Of a stretch of DNA of 64,000 nucleotides, positions 40,020-55,500 are shown piece by piece. The DNA is from Bilabrum cf. latius. Lineage: Eukaryota. Numbering within the stretch: the first letter of the stretch is position 1; every line of letters starts with the position of its first letter. The notes under the pieces are model-generated. The model was not told the DNA's origin, made no database searches, and saw nothing but the letters and a program-made list of their open reading frames with translations. The DNA is taken from assembly GCA_965178125.1 (NCBI GenBank), contig OZ237749.1:1054001-1118000 (forward strand). The letters run 5' to 3'. A program made the translations under genes and the position numbers.

Positions 40020-42135
40020 ATGCAATCCAGGACAGAGTTCGAGGATGCTGTTAATTTCTTAAAGTCATACAAGCGACCAGCTGGCATGCGGGAGCCGACC
40101 AATGAAGAGAAACTGTACATGTATTCGCGGTTCAAGCAGGCAACCGTTGGTGATAACCCTAAGACATCGTACCCGCACAGTTACGCTTTATCTTTCCAGT
40201 CTATGAAAGAAAACAAGATGTGGTAAGCTTCGCCTCGCCTGAGCCTGGGTATTATGCTATCCGGTCCGAATTTTGCACTTCGTTTCCTTGTTCGTCGCTT
40301 ATACATGCAGGGAGGCCTGGGATGCAGTCCGTGGCTTGAGCAAGGATGCAGCTAAGTAGGAGTACGTCGATAGATTGGACAAAGACCTGCCTCTGTGGCG
40401 CACTGAGGTTGAAAAGGAGCGGCGATCATCCGATCAGCCGGCGGTCCAGAAATCAGAGCAGGCGGCCGCTGATACGCCAGACGCTGGCGGCAAGGATCCA
40501 GACTCACATACTGATGAAGCTAACTCTCCCAGCAGCATGATCCAGCGGGCTGGGGCGAGTGAGGTAGCGGAATTGCAAGACAGAGCGAGCGAGATTGCGT
40601 CAGCCCTCGCCAGCCAGCAGCCAGAGGTGGACTCTGCTGCCCCTGCCGCCACTCACTCGGAAGGCAGCGAAAGGCCAAGGCCAGGCCCAGACAAGAACAG
40701 CGCCGCGACTGAAAGCCACGGCTTTTCATCTCCGCGCCGCTCTCGCCGTCGCCCCCCTCAGGCTGCCACTGCCACTGCCAGCGCCTTCAGCCCGCTCCTG
40801 TCGCCCCAGGCTCTTCTCGGCACGGCAGCTTGGGCCATGGGACTGGGGGGCGACCCGGAATCAGAATCAGATAGCGACTCGGAATTAGAATCGACGGGAG
40901 ACCAGGAAGGCCACACCAGCCCCGAGGCAGGGGAGCATGGGGATCGGGATGGGCGGGGCCAGGGTCAGGGACAGGGGCGGCGTGCCAGAGGTGAAGGGAA
41001 CAGAGCCGCTGGCACTGGAAGAGCCAAGGTGAAGGTGAGGTTCGCGAGCCCCGAGGAGAGCCAGGCAGGGCCAGACCTGTCCAGCCCGGCGAGAACGGCC
41101 ACTGGTCCCCGCCGCGCCCCCGTGTCTGCGTCTGCTCGCACGCCCGGTCTGCCTGCCTGGCGCAGTGGCCGGGACGCCGTGCCCCTCACGCCTGCGTCCT
41201 CGGCGGCGGCCTCACAGGGCCGCAGGGGGCTGCCCTCCGTGGCTCCCAGCGAGCGAGGCATCCACGGGGGTGCGAGAGGAGTGACGAGTGAAGACGGGCA
41301 CTCGCCCCTGGTGCCTTCGCAGCTTCAGTCTAGGCTGGATCGGGAGGAGCAGGAGGAGCGGGGCGAGGGGGGGAAAGGCACCACCGGCACCGGATCGGCT
41401 GTGACGAGTGCGGAGAGCGACGCGGCCATGGCACTGCGACAAGCGACCATGGCGGTTCTCGCGGAGCTGGACGATTCCCTGGGGCTGGGGAGCAGCGTGT
41501 TAGGGACCGGCGAGTCCCCAGGGCCGGCAGGCAGGCGATCGCCGCGGAAGCCGGCTGCGGCTGCCTCGGCTGGTGGTGTTGAGGGCAAGAGCAGGGCTGG
41601 GGGCGCTGGCGATGTCTCGCTGGCGTCTGGGTGGACAGGTTCCGTGGCTACGGGGATCGACGGTGTGACGAGTGGACCCTCTGCGGTGCTTGCTCTGCGC
41701 TCCCTGTCGCCTGGGAGGCTGAGGCAGCTGGCGGCGGCGGTGCGCGCGGCCCAGCAGGCCAGGGGCGAGGGAAAGGGAGAGACAGAAGGAGAAGGCGGCG
41801 TGTGTTCGATGGTGAACGGTGAGGCGGGGGCGGGGCCGGGTGCCTCTGAGCGCGGGCTGCCCTCTGCGGCGAGGAGCGCGGTGAGGGCGGTGGCGGCTGC
41901 GGCGGACGAGGCGTGGCAGCGGCTGCCCACGCAGGAGCAGGTGCTCGATGCAGCGGGGGGCTGGCTACAGTGGCCGTATGTGCTTGTGCCCGTCGCTGTG
42001 GGGGCGGCCGTGTGGTGGGGCACCGGGGATGGGAGGGGCCGGGGAGGGGGAGGGGCGCCGGGAGGCAGAGGGAGGCGGGGCAGGGGGCCGAGGGGAGGAG
42101 CAGAGTGGCAGGAAGCGTATGGGGTGTATGGCTGA
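40020..42135 (+). CDS. Acyl-CoA-binding (ACBP) domain protein with C-terminal hydrophobic segment (~675 aa)
   Basis: Exons 40020-40222 and 40311-42135; intron GTAAG..TGCAG. FEDAVNFLK..EEKLYMYSRFKQATVGD..KMW|EAWDAVRGLSKDAAK*EYV with TAG at 40357. Ends at TGA. Confidence 0.87.
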
Positions 42136-42651
42136 CATGATGACGATTCAATTGGCAGCGCATATCTCACGCGCGCATTCGTCAGCACCATGGTCCGAAG
42201 ATGAAGACAAACTCCGGCCGATCCGACCTCCTCCCAACGTGTACAACTTGCGAGCCCTTGCCGCAAGTTTCGCGAGCGTACGGCTATCATGGCCGCTGCC
42301 AAACAGACGTCTACAAGTGTGAGGTATCCGCAACATGTCGCGTCCCTGATGGGCTGCGCAGCCACCGTGGGTTTTTTTGCAACACTCTGACCAACACCAA
42401 GAGCATCGCAGCGGCTTCATCTACGGTTTGGAGAGACTGGAGAGCAGCTATTTGCCGGTAAATATTACGACTGCAGCGTAACGCTGTGTGAATCTCATTT
42501 GAGCGATGCCAATACAGTGCCTGGGTGAGTCTCAAACGGTTGCCACTAGTAGCTCGCGTATCTTGGGTTGGTATTCACCACGCGCAAGATCACGCCAGAT
42601 TGTTCCAGTTTTTGTATCGTTCGTAGTGTACCTGTCCGTGTTCGGATAGGC

Positions 42652-45534
42652 ATGGAGTACGACGGAGGGCATGCGATCCCCGTTGATGGTGGAGCTAAGA
42701 AATAGGCATCTCTGATTCCGCCCAAGACGATCCGGGACGGGTCAGCGCCTCGTCGTTCTCACTCCAATCAAGATGATGGCTGCTGCTGGGTCAAAATTCG
42801 GATGCCAGGTCAGACAGTTCCGCGATCAGAGCCGATCGTGGAGCTAAATGCGGACGGTACTGCGCACTTCCAGTTTGAGCTGAAAGCCCCTGACAACGAG
42901 TTGCTTGACCGCCCGCTAGCCCTAAGGGCAACTGCAGTTGGATCCGATGGTACCTTGGATGCAACCATGGAGACTCCAGCACGCGAGGTAGAGAGTGAGG
43001 CGAGCAAGACCTTCTCGCTCGTTCGATTTAAGGTTCGTTTCTTGGGCAGTATTGACGAGGAATGGTACAAGGATGAGGGCGGCAAAGAAAATTGCATCGA
43101 GGCGGACGTATGTGTCGTCAACGCGGTCGGGCAGCGGCAGCCACTGGGCACACCGGTGCCCCTTGAGGTGCGCGCTCACTACGCGGCGAGCAAGCGCGCG
43201 GCAGGCACCTACTCATCCGGCGGTGCCTCGAGCATCATCAGCATGCTTCCCCTGCACGACGGGTCCACGTCTCAGCTGGACCCCGGCACGGGGGATGGGC
43301 GCCTGCGGGTGCGCTTCAACGAGGTCAGCTCCAAGCACGGCCAGCAACCCTTCTGCATCCGGTGCGGACCCGCTGCGGCCGAGGGTGACGTCAGGATGCG
43401 TCACATCGGGTGGGGCTATTCCTCGGGAGTGAAGGTCAAGAGCAAGCGGCACGGGGCCAGGCGCAAACAGGCCGCGGCCAAGGCGGCGCGGGCCAAGGGG
43501 CAGGCCATCCAAACTCCGGGGGAGGCGGCGGGTGCTGGTGTGGCAATGGGAGGGGGGACAGCTGCGGAGGAGGCGGCACGGGCCGTGGGTACCAGTGGGG
43601 CAGGGACAGGCGCGATGCCCAACGGAAGGGGCCCTGGTGCACCCTCGTCTTTGTCCTCGTCCTCGTCTGCATCTGCGTCGGCAGGGCTCGCAGGCGCCGG
43701 GGCAGCTGCTGGTTCCCACTCGTCGACGGGCAGCGTCCCTCCAGTGCTGGCAGCGGCGGGCCGCCTGCCCAGCCAGGGCCAGGTGGCTGCCTCCCCCCCG
43801 GAGCAGCCCTCCAGCAGCCCCGGGGGTGCGGCCAACGGCGTTGTGGAGTGGACGAACGAGGTGTTCGACCTGCTGGGCGCGCTGCAGTGGAGGGTCATCG
43901 GGTTCGAAACGGATGCACACGGGGTCCCTGACCGCAGGCTGCCGCTGCTGCGGTGCCCCGCCTGCTACAGGACGCTGTCCACCGTGGAGATGCAGGCCCA
44001 GATGGGCATGGGCATGGGCATGGGAGGGGCGGGCGGTGCCTCTGGGATAGGGAGGCACAACCGCGGGTGCCGCATCGAGAGGGCAATCAAGCTGTACCTC
44101 AGCGCCACAAAGGAAAACCTGCACGTGCTGCTGCGGCATATCCACGGCGACAGAAAGGTGCAGATGGCCATGCAGGCCATGGGAGCTAACGCGAATGTTG
44201 GCATTCAGCAGCAGCAGCAGCAGCAGGCCTCGGGACACGGGGAGCTCTTGCACGGGCGGGAGCAGGGGCACGGCGGCGTTGCCTCCTCGTCGTCTCGCTC
44301 GGCGAGAGGGGCTCGTGCGGCCCGTGGCAACGAGAGGGGACCGGCTGCGAGCGACGAGGAATACGAGGAGCCGGGGGCTGGGAGGGGCGCGGGCCGGAAG
44401 CGGGGGCGGGTGGAGGCGGGGCTGACGGGGGTGGGGGGAGGCAAGGGCAGGCGACGCCCGTTGCGGGCTGCCGCTGCTCAGTCTCGGGCTGCTCTGGCAG
44501 AGACGGTCAAGATGGAGAAGGAGGACTCTCTGGGTGTGGGCGGGGGCAGCTTCAGCAGCAGACAGGGCTTGGGGGAACAATCCTAGGGATAGGAGCAGGA
44601 GCCGACCAGCGCGCAAATGGCCATGGCGGCAGCCGCCTTCCCGTCCGCCTCTCCTGACGGGCTGGATGAGGCCTTCCCCTCCGTTGATGCAGATGTGGGT
44701 GGAGTTGGCTTAGTGGGGCCCGGGGTGAGGGGGTCGTCAAGCGGGGGAAGATATCCTACACCCAGCAGCATACAAGGGGGGGCGCCAAGTGCCTCCTCAA
44801 GCGTGATGGGCATGGAAAGGGGCATGGGCATGGGCATGGGTGCCAGCATGGGTGGCATGGGTGGCATGGGTGGCCCAAGCACCTCGGGGCAGGTCACACT
44901 TCCCCCGCCCCTGCCCTCCCGCGAGATGTCGCTCCCACGGGATGCACCGGTGCACAGTGCGCTGGATACCCTCAGCGGGGCAGGGGGTACGGGGGCCTAT
45001 GGCATGCTGCGGGGCTCTTCCGGGCTTGGGGGGCCCTACGTGGGGCGTGCGAGCATGTCCTCCCCGCAGGATGCTCGGGGGGGTGCGGGGTCAGGGATGG
45101 GGATGGGCATGGGGATGGGCAGCATGGGCCCGCCCAGCGCGGAGAGGGGCCAGTCCGCGGGGTCGATCGGGAGCCTGCTAGAGGGCTCGAGGGGACCGCC
45201 GCAGCTGCAAGCCGGGGCCAGCCTTGACCTCGGAGGCGCCTTGGGGTTCGCGCGCGGGATCTCCACGCTGTCCGAGACAGAGTCCGGGGGCCATTGGAGC
45301 AGGGGAGAGGCAGGCCCGCCCGGGAACGGGGGCAGGCGCAGCCGGGGATCCGGGTCAAGCATGAGTGGGATGGATGCCGAGGCAGAGTCGGGGCGGCAAC
45401 CAGATGGGTCCAGCGGGTACTTGCCGCATCCAAGCCCGTCTGCCAGCGCCGCCGGAGGTGATGACAGCTTGGGTGCTCGGCTGCAGAGCGAGCTGGTGCG
45501 CGGATTTAGTACAGGCTCGCAGCTTGATGACTAA
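42652..45534 (+). CDS. Uncharacterised protein with putative Ig-fold (CudA-like) DNA-binding domain and low-complexity tail (~960 aa)
   Basis: One frame from ATG 42652 through TAG 42703, 44584 and 44590 to TAA 45532. Globular segment WYKDEGGKENCI..RFNEVSSKHGQQPFCI..VKVKSKR. The family call is from recollection only. Confidence 0.6.
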
Positions 45535-45752
45535 AATACCAGGAGCAAAATGATAAAGCCTTACCCTAATTTCAGTGCATGTTGGGCTGAAGCGCTTCAA
45601 AACAGCGACTTGGTACGGCTCTGTGGAGATTAAAGGTAGATCTATGCGAGTGCATTGAAGAGCACATTTCATTATTAGTGGGATCCTCTTGGGGCACAAT
45701 GCAGTACAATTCAATGAAACTACATCATGGGATCAGCGGCTGGAGCACCAGC

Positions 45753-49314
<3,562 letters not shown>

Positions 49315-49501
49315 GTTGATTTCACAGCGCCTGAAATAATAAATTATAGCGTGAGTGCAGCAGATACGATTTTACGAAGCATTCGAATCTTTGCGGTTTG
49401 ATCAAGCAAATAATCAAGTTCAAGTCTGTTCACACGGCGAAACAGGGATCCTGCGCCGATATCGTTGGCATGCCTCGGCAACTATCAGAATCCAATCGCG
49501 T

Positions 49502-52500
49502 TCAAGACCCTGCTCCAGTTCCTTGGCTCGCGTCACAGACCTCGTACACCAATGAGGATCCGACTGGGGGGTCCGGATCGTCAGCGCTGTCCATAGAACG
49601 AGCTCGCCTGGAGATGGAGTTGGTCAGCTCGATGCGGCGCCTGCCAGCCGATCCAAGGCTCGCCGTGTAGTCACCACCGTCTCCAGCTTCACCGCGCCCG
49701 CCACTTTCCTCTTCGGAAGGAGCGCTCCCTGTCCCGCTCGCCGCCCGGCTGAGCCCGCTGAGATCCACCCTGTACGGCTCCAGAGACGCGTTGCCATCGT
49801 TCTCGTGCTCGTGCTCGCCCTCGGCCCGCATGGCGCGCCTCTGCACGCCCGATCCACCAGAAGAGCCCGACCTGGACCCTCTGGATCCGCTGGACCCCCG
49901 TGCGCTGCGCCCGCCGCTCACCCGCGACATGCCCTCCAGCTCGGCGGACCGACGGGAGCGCGCGGGAGACAGCGACAGCAGTACGTCCTTCCCGGCGCCA
50001 ACAGCCCCCTCGCGCCCCCCCACTTCGCTGTTCCCACGAGTGCCCAGCGCCGCACCAGACGCGCGTGCCTCCACCAACACGCCACGTGGGCTGTGGCCGC
50101 CGCCCCGGGCTCCCCTCTGGCCTGCCCGAGATCCAGATCCAGGCCTCGCCCCCTGCCCGTGCCCGTGCCTGTGCCCCTATCTGGAGCCGGTCACCTCCAC
50201 GGCTGCCTGTCCTCCTCGCAGCATGCTGACCCTGCGTCTCGTGTTCCCCGAGCTAGACGTGGACCCCTTGCTGCCTGTGTTATTCCCCGAACTGCCGGAC
50301 CGATCCCCCGACCGCCCCCCGGAGCTGCGAGTGCCGGTTCCGCTCGCGGCGCCGCCCGAGTTGGCAGTCAGCGCGGACTGCGAGTACCTGCTCCTGCTGC
50401 CCGACCGAGGGGTCCTCCTCCGACTCCGGCTGCCCGACCCAGTGCCCGTGCCCAGCCCACTCCCACTCCCACTCCCGCTGCGGCTCGGTGTCCCCGTGGA
50501 TGACTCGTCCGCGGCCTCCTGCAGGACAGAGAGGGCGGGCTCGCCGGCGATGGCCACCGACATATGTGGCTGCACCCTGCCTCGGCCGGACTGCGAGGGC
50601 GAGGAGGGCGAGGAGGGCTCCTTCATCCCTGCGGACTGATCCTGCCGCTGCACCTGCCTCTGGTCGTAGCCAGGGTCGTAATCATGATCATGGTCGCGCC
50701 CCCTGCCAACATCCGCCTGCACCTCCAAGTGGGCTCCAGCCCCCGCGCTCTACTCTGGGGCATGCAGCGCCATGTCGACACCGACACCGGCAGACCCAAC
50801 ATCAGGCTCGGCGCGCGACGGGCCAGCACCACGGCCAGCCCCAGTTCCAGTCCCAGCCCCGCCGCCCGCAGATGCAGTTGCGTTTCCGGCCAAGCCGGCC
50901 AGCCCGCTCCTGCCCAGCCCCGCCTGCACCAGGCGGCCAGTGTGTTCTGCATCGATGCTGCCCTGCCGCGGCCTGGACCTCGCTCGTCTAGCCCGGCCAC
51001 CGCTCGCGGGTGCCTCGTGGCTCTGATGCCTGGACAACCGCTGCTGCTGGCCATGCTGCTGCGAGTCCGTGCTTCTCAGCGAGCCCCGAGACGGATGAGC
51101 TGCCCCCGCATGTGAGTGCAGCCCCCGTCCTCCCGTCTTGATTCCCCCCTTCCTCTTCTCAACGCCTTTTGCAACGGAGCTGCCTCGGCTCCCGCGCACA
51201 GGTTGCTGCACAGAGAGGCCATGCCCACGCGCCGAGGCGCTGTGCCCTGCGGCCACTGGAATGCCGCCATCGCGGCTCATGCTTGTTTCTGCCAACCTGT
51301 CTACTGCAGCGCCACACCTCCCCCTCTCTCTCTCCCCGCTCGGGAGCAGCGGAGACATGTCCAGAACTGTGCCCGGCAGCACTTCGGCAGTGCCGTGGCG
51401 GTGATCTCCCGCTTCTGGCAGCAAGTACCCCTCCATGGGGGCATGGGCACCCCCCCGCTGCTGGTGACCCCCACCCAGGGGCATGGGCTCAACGCCGGTC
51501 AGCTGCATCGTGGCCTGGTCAGCGCCGCCCGTCTCCCGCCAGAATGCGGGGCTCGCCTCCCTCTCCCGCTCCAGCACGCTGCTGTTCCCGATGTTGTCAG
51601 AGGCAGACACGCCGCCCAGATCGGGGGCCCCGCCAGCACCCGTCACCACGTTCTCCATGCTGGCAGGCAGTGCCCCATGGCCCTGGCCCGGCGCCGCGTC
51701 CCGCCCCTGCAGCCGGGCGAGTTCGTGCCCCATCTCCTGCCGCGGGCTGGGACCCACCCCAAGCCCAAGGCTCCGACTGCTGCTGCCTCGCGTGCGCCGG
51801 TCCCCCATCCCGGCGCGCGACAGAGAGAGCGCCTGGGTCTATGAATGCGAGTGGGAGTTGGACTGGGACTGGGACTGGGACTGGGAGAGGGAGGACCCCA
51901 CGCCGCTGTGTGCCCCCGCACTACTGCCCACCGCGCTCACAGAGGACCGGGAGGAGGACGAGGAGCCTCCCCCGCGACCGCCGCCGTGCCCGTGGCCAAG
52001 ACCGTGTCTCTGCAGCAGACGAGCCTGGGCGTCCATCGGGCTTTCTCCTTGGCGGCCCGCTGTTCCCTGAGCTGACCCCCTGCCGCTGCCGAGCGGGCTC
52101 CGCCTCGCCGTTGCGCTTCTCCCTCTCCCTCTCGCCCTTGCCGACTCGGTCCGGAGGTGCCGCAGGGAACTGCCCCTGCCCCCTCGACTGCCGCTCCCAC
52201 GCGACCTGGTGCTGAGGCTGGCCCCGCCCGACCGGCTGGTGGCCCGCGAGCCCAGCGAGGCGGTGGCCGTGGTGGCCCTGCCCCTGCCCGTGCCCGGGCT
52301 GGCGCCAATCCCGATCCCTGGGCCCATGTTGAGGGACCTGTGCGAGCTGGGCGGAGACAGCTGCGGGGAGGCAACCGGCGAGCCAGGGGTCACCTGCACC
52401 CCCTCGCCGACCGCTCCCGCCCCACGGACTGCACCGTCTGACGGTCGAGTGCAAGCGGATGAAACACCCTCCTCCTCCTCCTGCTGCTATTTGCTGTCCT

Positions 52501-55500
52501 GCGGGCTGTGCACCTCACTGGCGTCACCAGCGTCTCCCATGCGCCGCCTGTTCTCTTGTGCCTCTGCACCTACCCCTGCCTCTGCCCCAATGAATGTAAC
52601 CCCGCTTCCCTCCCCCGACTCTTCCTCCCAAGCCGCCTTACCACCCACCCACCCAGCTGCATTCCCAGAGGCCTGCCGCACCGCCACTGCTGCCAGCCCG
52701 CCGCCAGCACGAACCCCCACAGGCGTTCGAATACCTGCGCGTGGATCTGGCAGCCTCATCGCGCCATGCGATGATGACCCGCGCTCTCCCTCTCCCTCTC
52801 CCTCTCCCTCTCCCCCCTGTATCTGCGGCCGGCTCTCATGCAGCGAGCCTCTCGCCCCGGGCCCGCGGACCCCCCTGCTGCCACGCCCAGTGGTCGTCAG
52901 CGGCATGCCCACGCCGGGCCCTGCCAGCCCCCGGCCACTGCCGCTCCGCAGCACGCCCCTCAGCGCGCCCCCGTGCCTCGCCGGCCCGTGCCCCTGCACA
53001 GCGAGCGGAGTGCCCCAGCGCACGCCCACCCCGATCGAGCCTCCCGCGGGCTCTGCCGACCCGCCGGTCACCATTCCTCCGGTCCCAGTTGAGGCAGGCA
53101 GCATGCCGCTGCCCTCCCACCCCTCACCGCCCTCTCGCTTGGGACTCAGGCCCGACCCGGTTGCCAGCAGCTGCACGGACCCAGCCGTCAGTGACTCAAC
53201 ACCCCCTGGCAGCAGTGAGGGGGATGACCCGCCGGACACCATCGGCTGGGCCCCCCTGCGGCGACCCCCCCTTGACCCCCCCGCCGACCCCCCCGCCGGC
53301 CCCGAGGTGCCCCGCTGCACCACGTCCCGGTCGATGCTGGTGGCACGCCGCCTGCCCCCCTGCGCCACCCCCGAGCTAGACCTGCGGCTGGCAAGGGACT
53401 GGGGACCCCGCAGTGGGGACGTGGGAGGAGCCCCGCGCGAGGAGGGGGAAGGGAAGGACCCCGGCGCCGAGCCCTGGTGTCCCCTGTGCGCCGGCCCCTC
53501 CTGCCCCGGCAACAGCAGCCCGCCCTCTCCGAAGCCCCCCTTGCTTCTCGAGGAACCGTTCGAGTCCGAGGAGGTGCTCTTCACATCTCGCGGGCCCGTG
53601 CCTGCTGAAGCGCCCGAGCTCTCGCGCACGCGCTCAACGGACACCACAAAGGCAGGACGACCCATCGCCGAGACGTCCCTGGGGGCCGCACCCACGCCCG
53701 GCCCAACGGCAGCGCTGTCCACGTGCACACCCCCGGGTAGATCGGTCGCGCTCGGCTGGGTCCCCGACCCGCCCCGCCCCTCCGCAGTTCCCCTCGACCG
53801 AGAGCCCCACTGCGGCGTGCCCCCCGACCCGCTAGACCCGCTGGCTTGGTGCCCCCTCGATTCTCGGTGAGACCCGCCCCCGCTGCCGGCCCCTCCGCTG
53901 TGGTCGGAGCCGCGCTCCGCAGAGCCCCAGGCGTGCCCCGTGGTCTGCACCCCGCCCGACTGCAGCAGGAACCCACTGCCCGCGCCCCCGTCGCTCGCAC
54001 CCGCTGGCCCCGGCGCTATGCTCCCAGGGCTCATCATGCCCACCCCGGAGCTGGCCCCGCGAGTGGGCCCCGGGTCCTCCTCCGCCGACCCGCCCTGCAT
54101 GCTCCTCTTGTCCTGGCTGTGCATGCGGCCCTTGCCCAGGGAGCCAGAGGCCCCCCTCCCTGTTCCCCGCATGGACCGCGAGTAGCCCGAGGCGACCGAC
54201 TCGGCGGCCAAAGACATGACACCGATGGTGGAGTTGCGGTCAATCAGCCGCCCGTCGCTGGCCTCGTGTGACCCGGACACCTGCCCCGGGCGCAAGCGGT
54301 GGACGGAGGAACCCCCGCTCTGCCCCCGGCCCCTGCTCCGTGGGCCGGGGAGGTCCGTCGTGTCGGTGACTCGACGGCGGAGCTCCCGAATGCCCGGCGG
54401 CCCGTGGGAGGACGAGTCCACGCCTCCGCGACTGCTATCCACAGAGGAGCCGGCCGTGCCACGGCGGCCCGCGGAATGGTCATGCGGCCTACCCCTCTGC
54501 AGCTGTGGCTGGGGCTGGGGCTGGTGGCGCAGGCGAGCGCTCTCCCTGCTCTCGTGTCTGCCCACCCTGCCGCTGCTGCGCTCGCTCTGTCCATCAGACT
54601 CCATGCCCCCGCCCTGCCCCTGCTCGGCCAGCGCTCTGACCCTCTCTGCATGGGCCAGCGCGGGGCCGTACGGGGGCAGCGAGGCCCGGGCCCGGGCGTG
54701 GGCGTGGGCGGCACCTGCCCCTGCCCCTGCCCCTGCCCCTGCCCCTGCCCACGCCCTGCCCGACATCTGCTGCAGGTGCACGTGCGACCCAGTGGCCACC
54801 TGGCTGCGGCGGCTCGAACTCTCTCGCCTATTGCCGCTGCCAGTAGGCGCGAGGACACCTGAATCCCCCCGCCCTACCTCCCCGCTCTCCCCTTCTCCCT
54901 CGCCCATGGTCTCGCCCGCCGTGCCATCCCCGGGCTCCATGCCCATGCCCATGCCCACGCCGTGCGACTCCATCTCGACCTCGATCTCTCTCGCGCGGTC
55001 CTCCTCGGCGAAGTAGTCCTGTTCCATGGGCCCGTGCTCCCTGGTTCGGTAGTTGTACTCTAGGAAGTGCACCTGGTCCTGGTCGCTGATGGCCTCGGCG
55101 CTGTCCGTCTGGTGCTCGGGGTCGTTGAGCAGCATGTCGGCCATGTTCTTGTCCTGCACGGGGTGGCTGTTGAGCTTGGCCGTGTTGATCTTCATGGCCA
55201 CGGGTGTCTCCCTCCTCCTGAGAGCCTCGAAGTCCACGTCCTGGAACCACGGGTGCTCGTAGATCTCCCACACCCCGCGCGAGCCGAGCCGATACTTGCG
55301 GTTGCATATCAGCATCTTCTGCACGAAGTCCACCGCCTCTTTGCTGCTGGTCTCCATGTGCCTCGAGTAGACAAACTCTTCCGCCCTGTCCTTGTCCGCT
55401 CGCCGCTCCTGCGCCGAGATGAGCACCCGCCTGGCCTGGTCCATGCTCAGCCGGCGGTCCCTCGGGGGGACGAACATGGACATCTTCACCAGACGCTTCA

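Noticed and set aside
42137-42540. Possible C/D snoRNA (ATGATGA at 42137) or small ORF in the intergenic gap
   Set aside because: I could not support a terminal stem, well-placed D box, guide sequence or protein motif.
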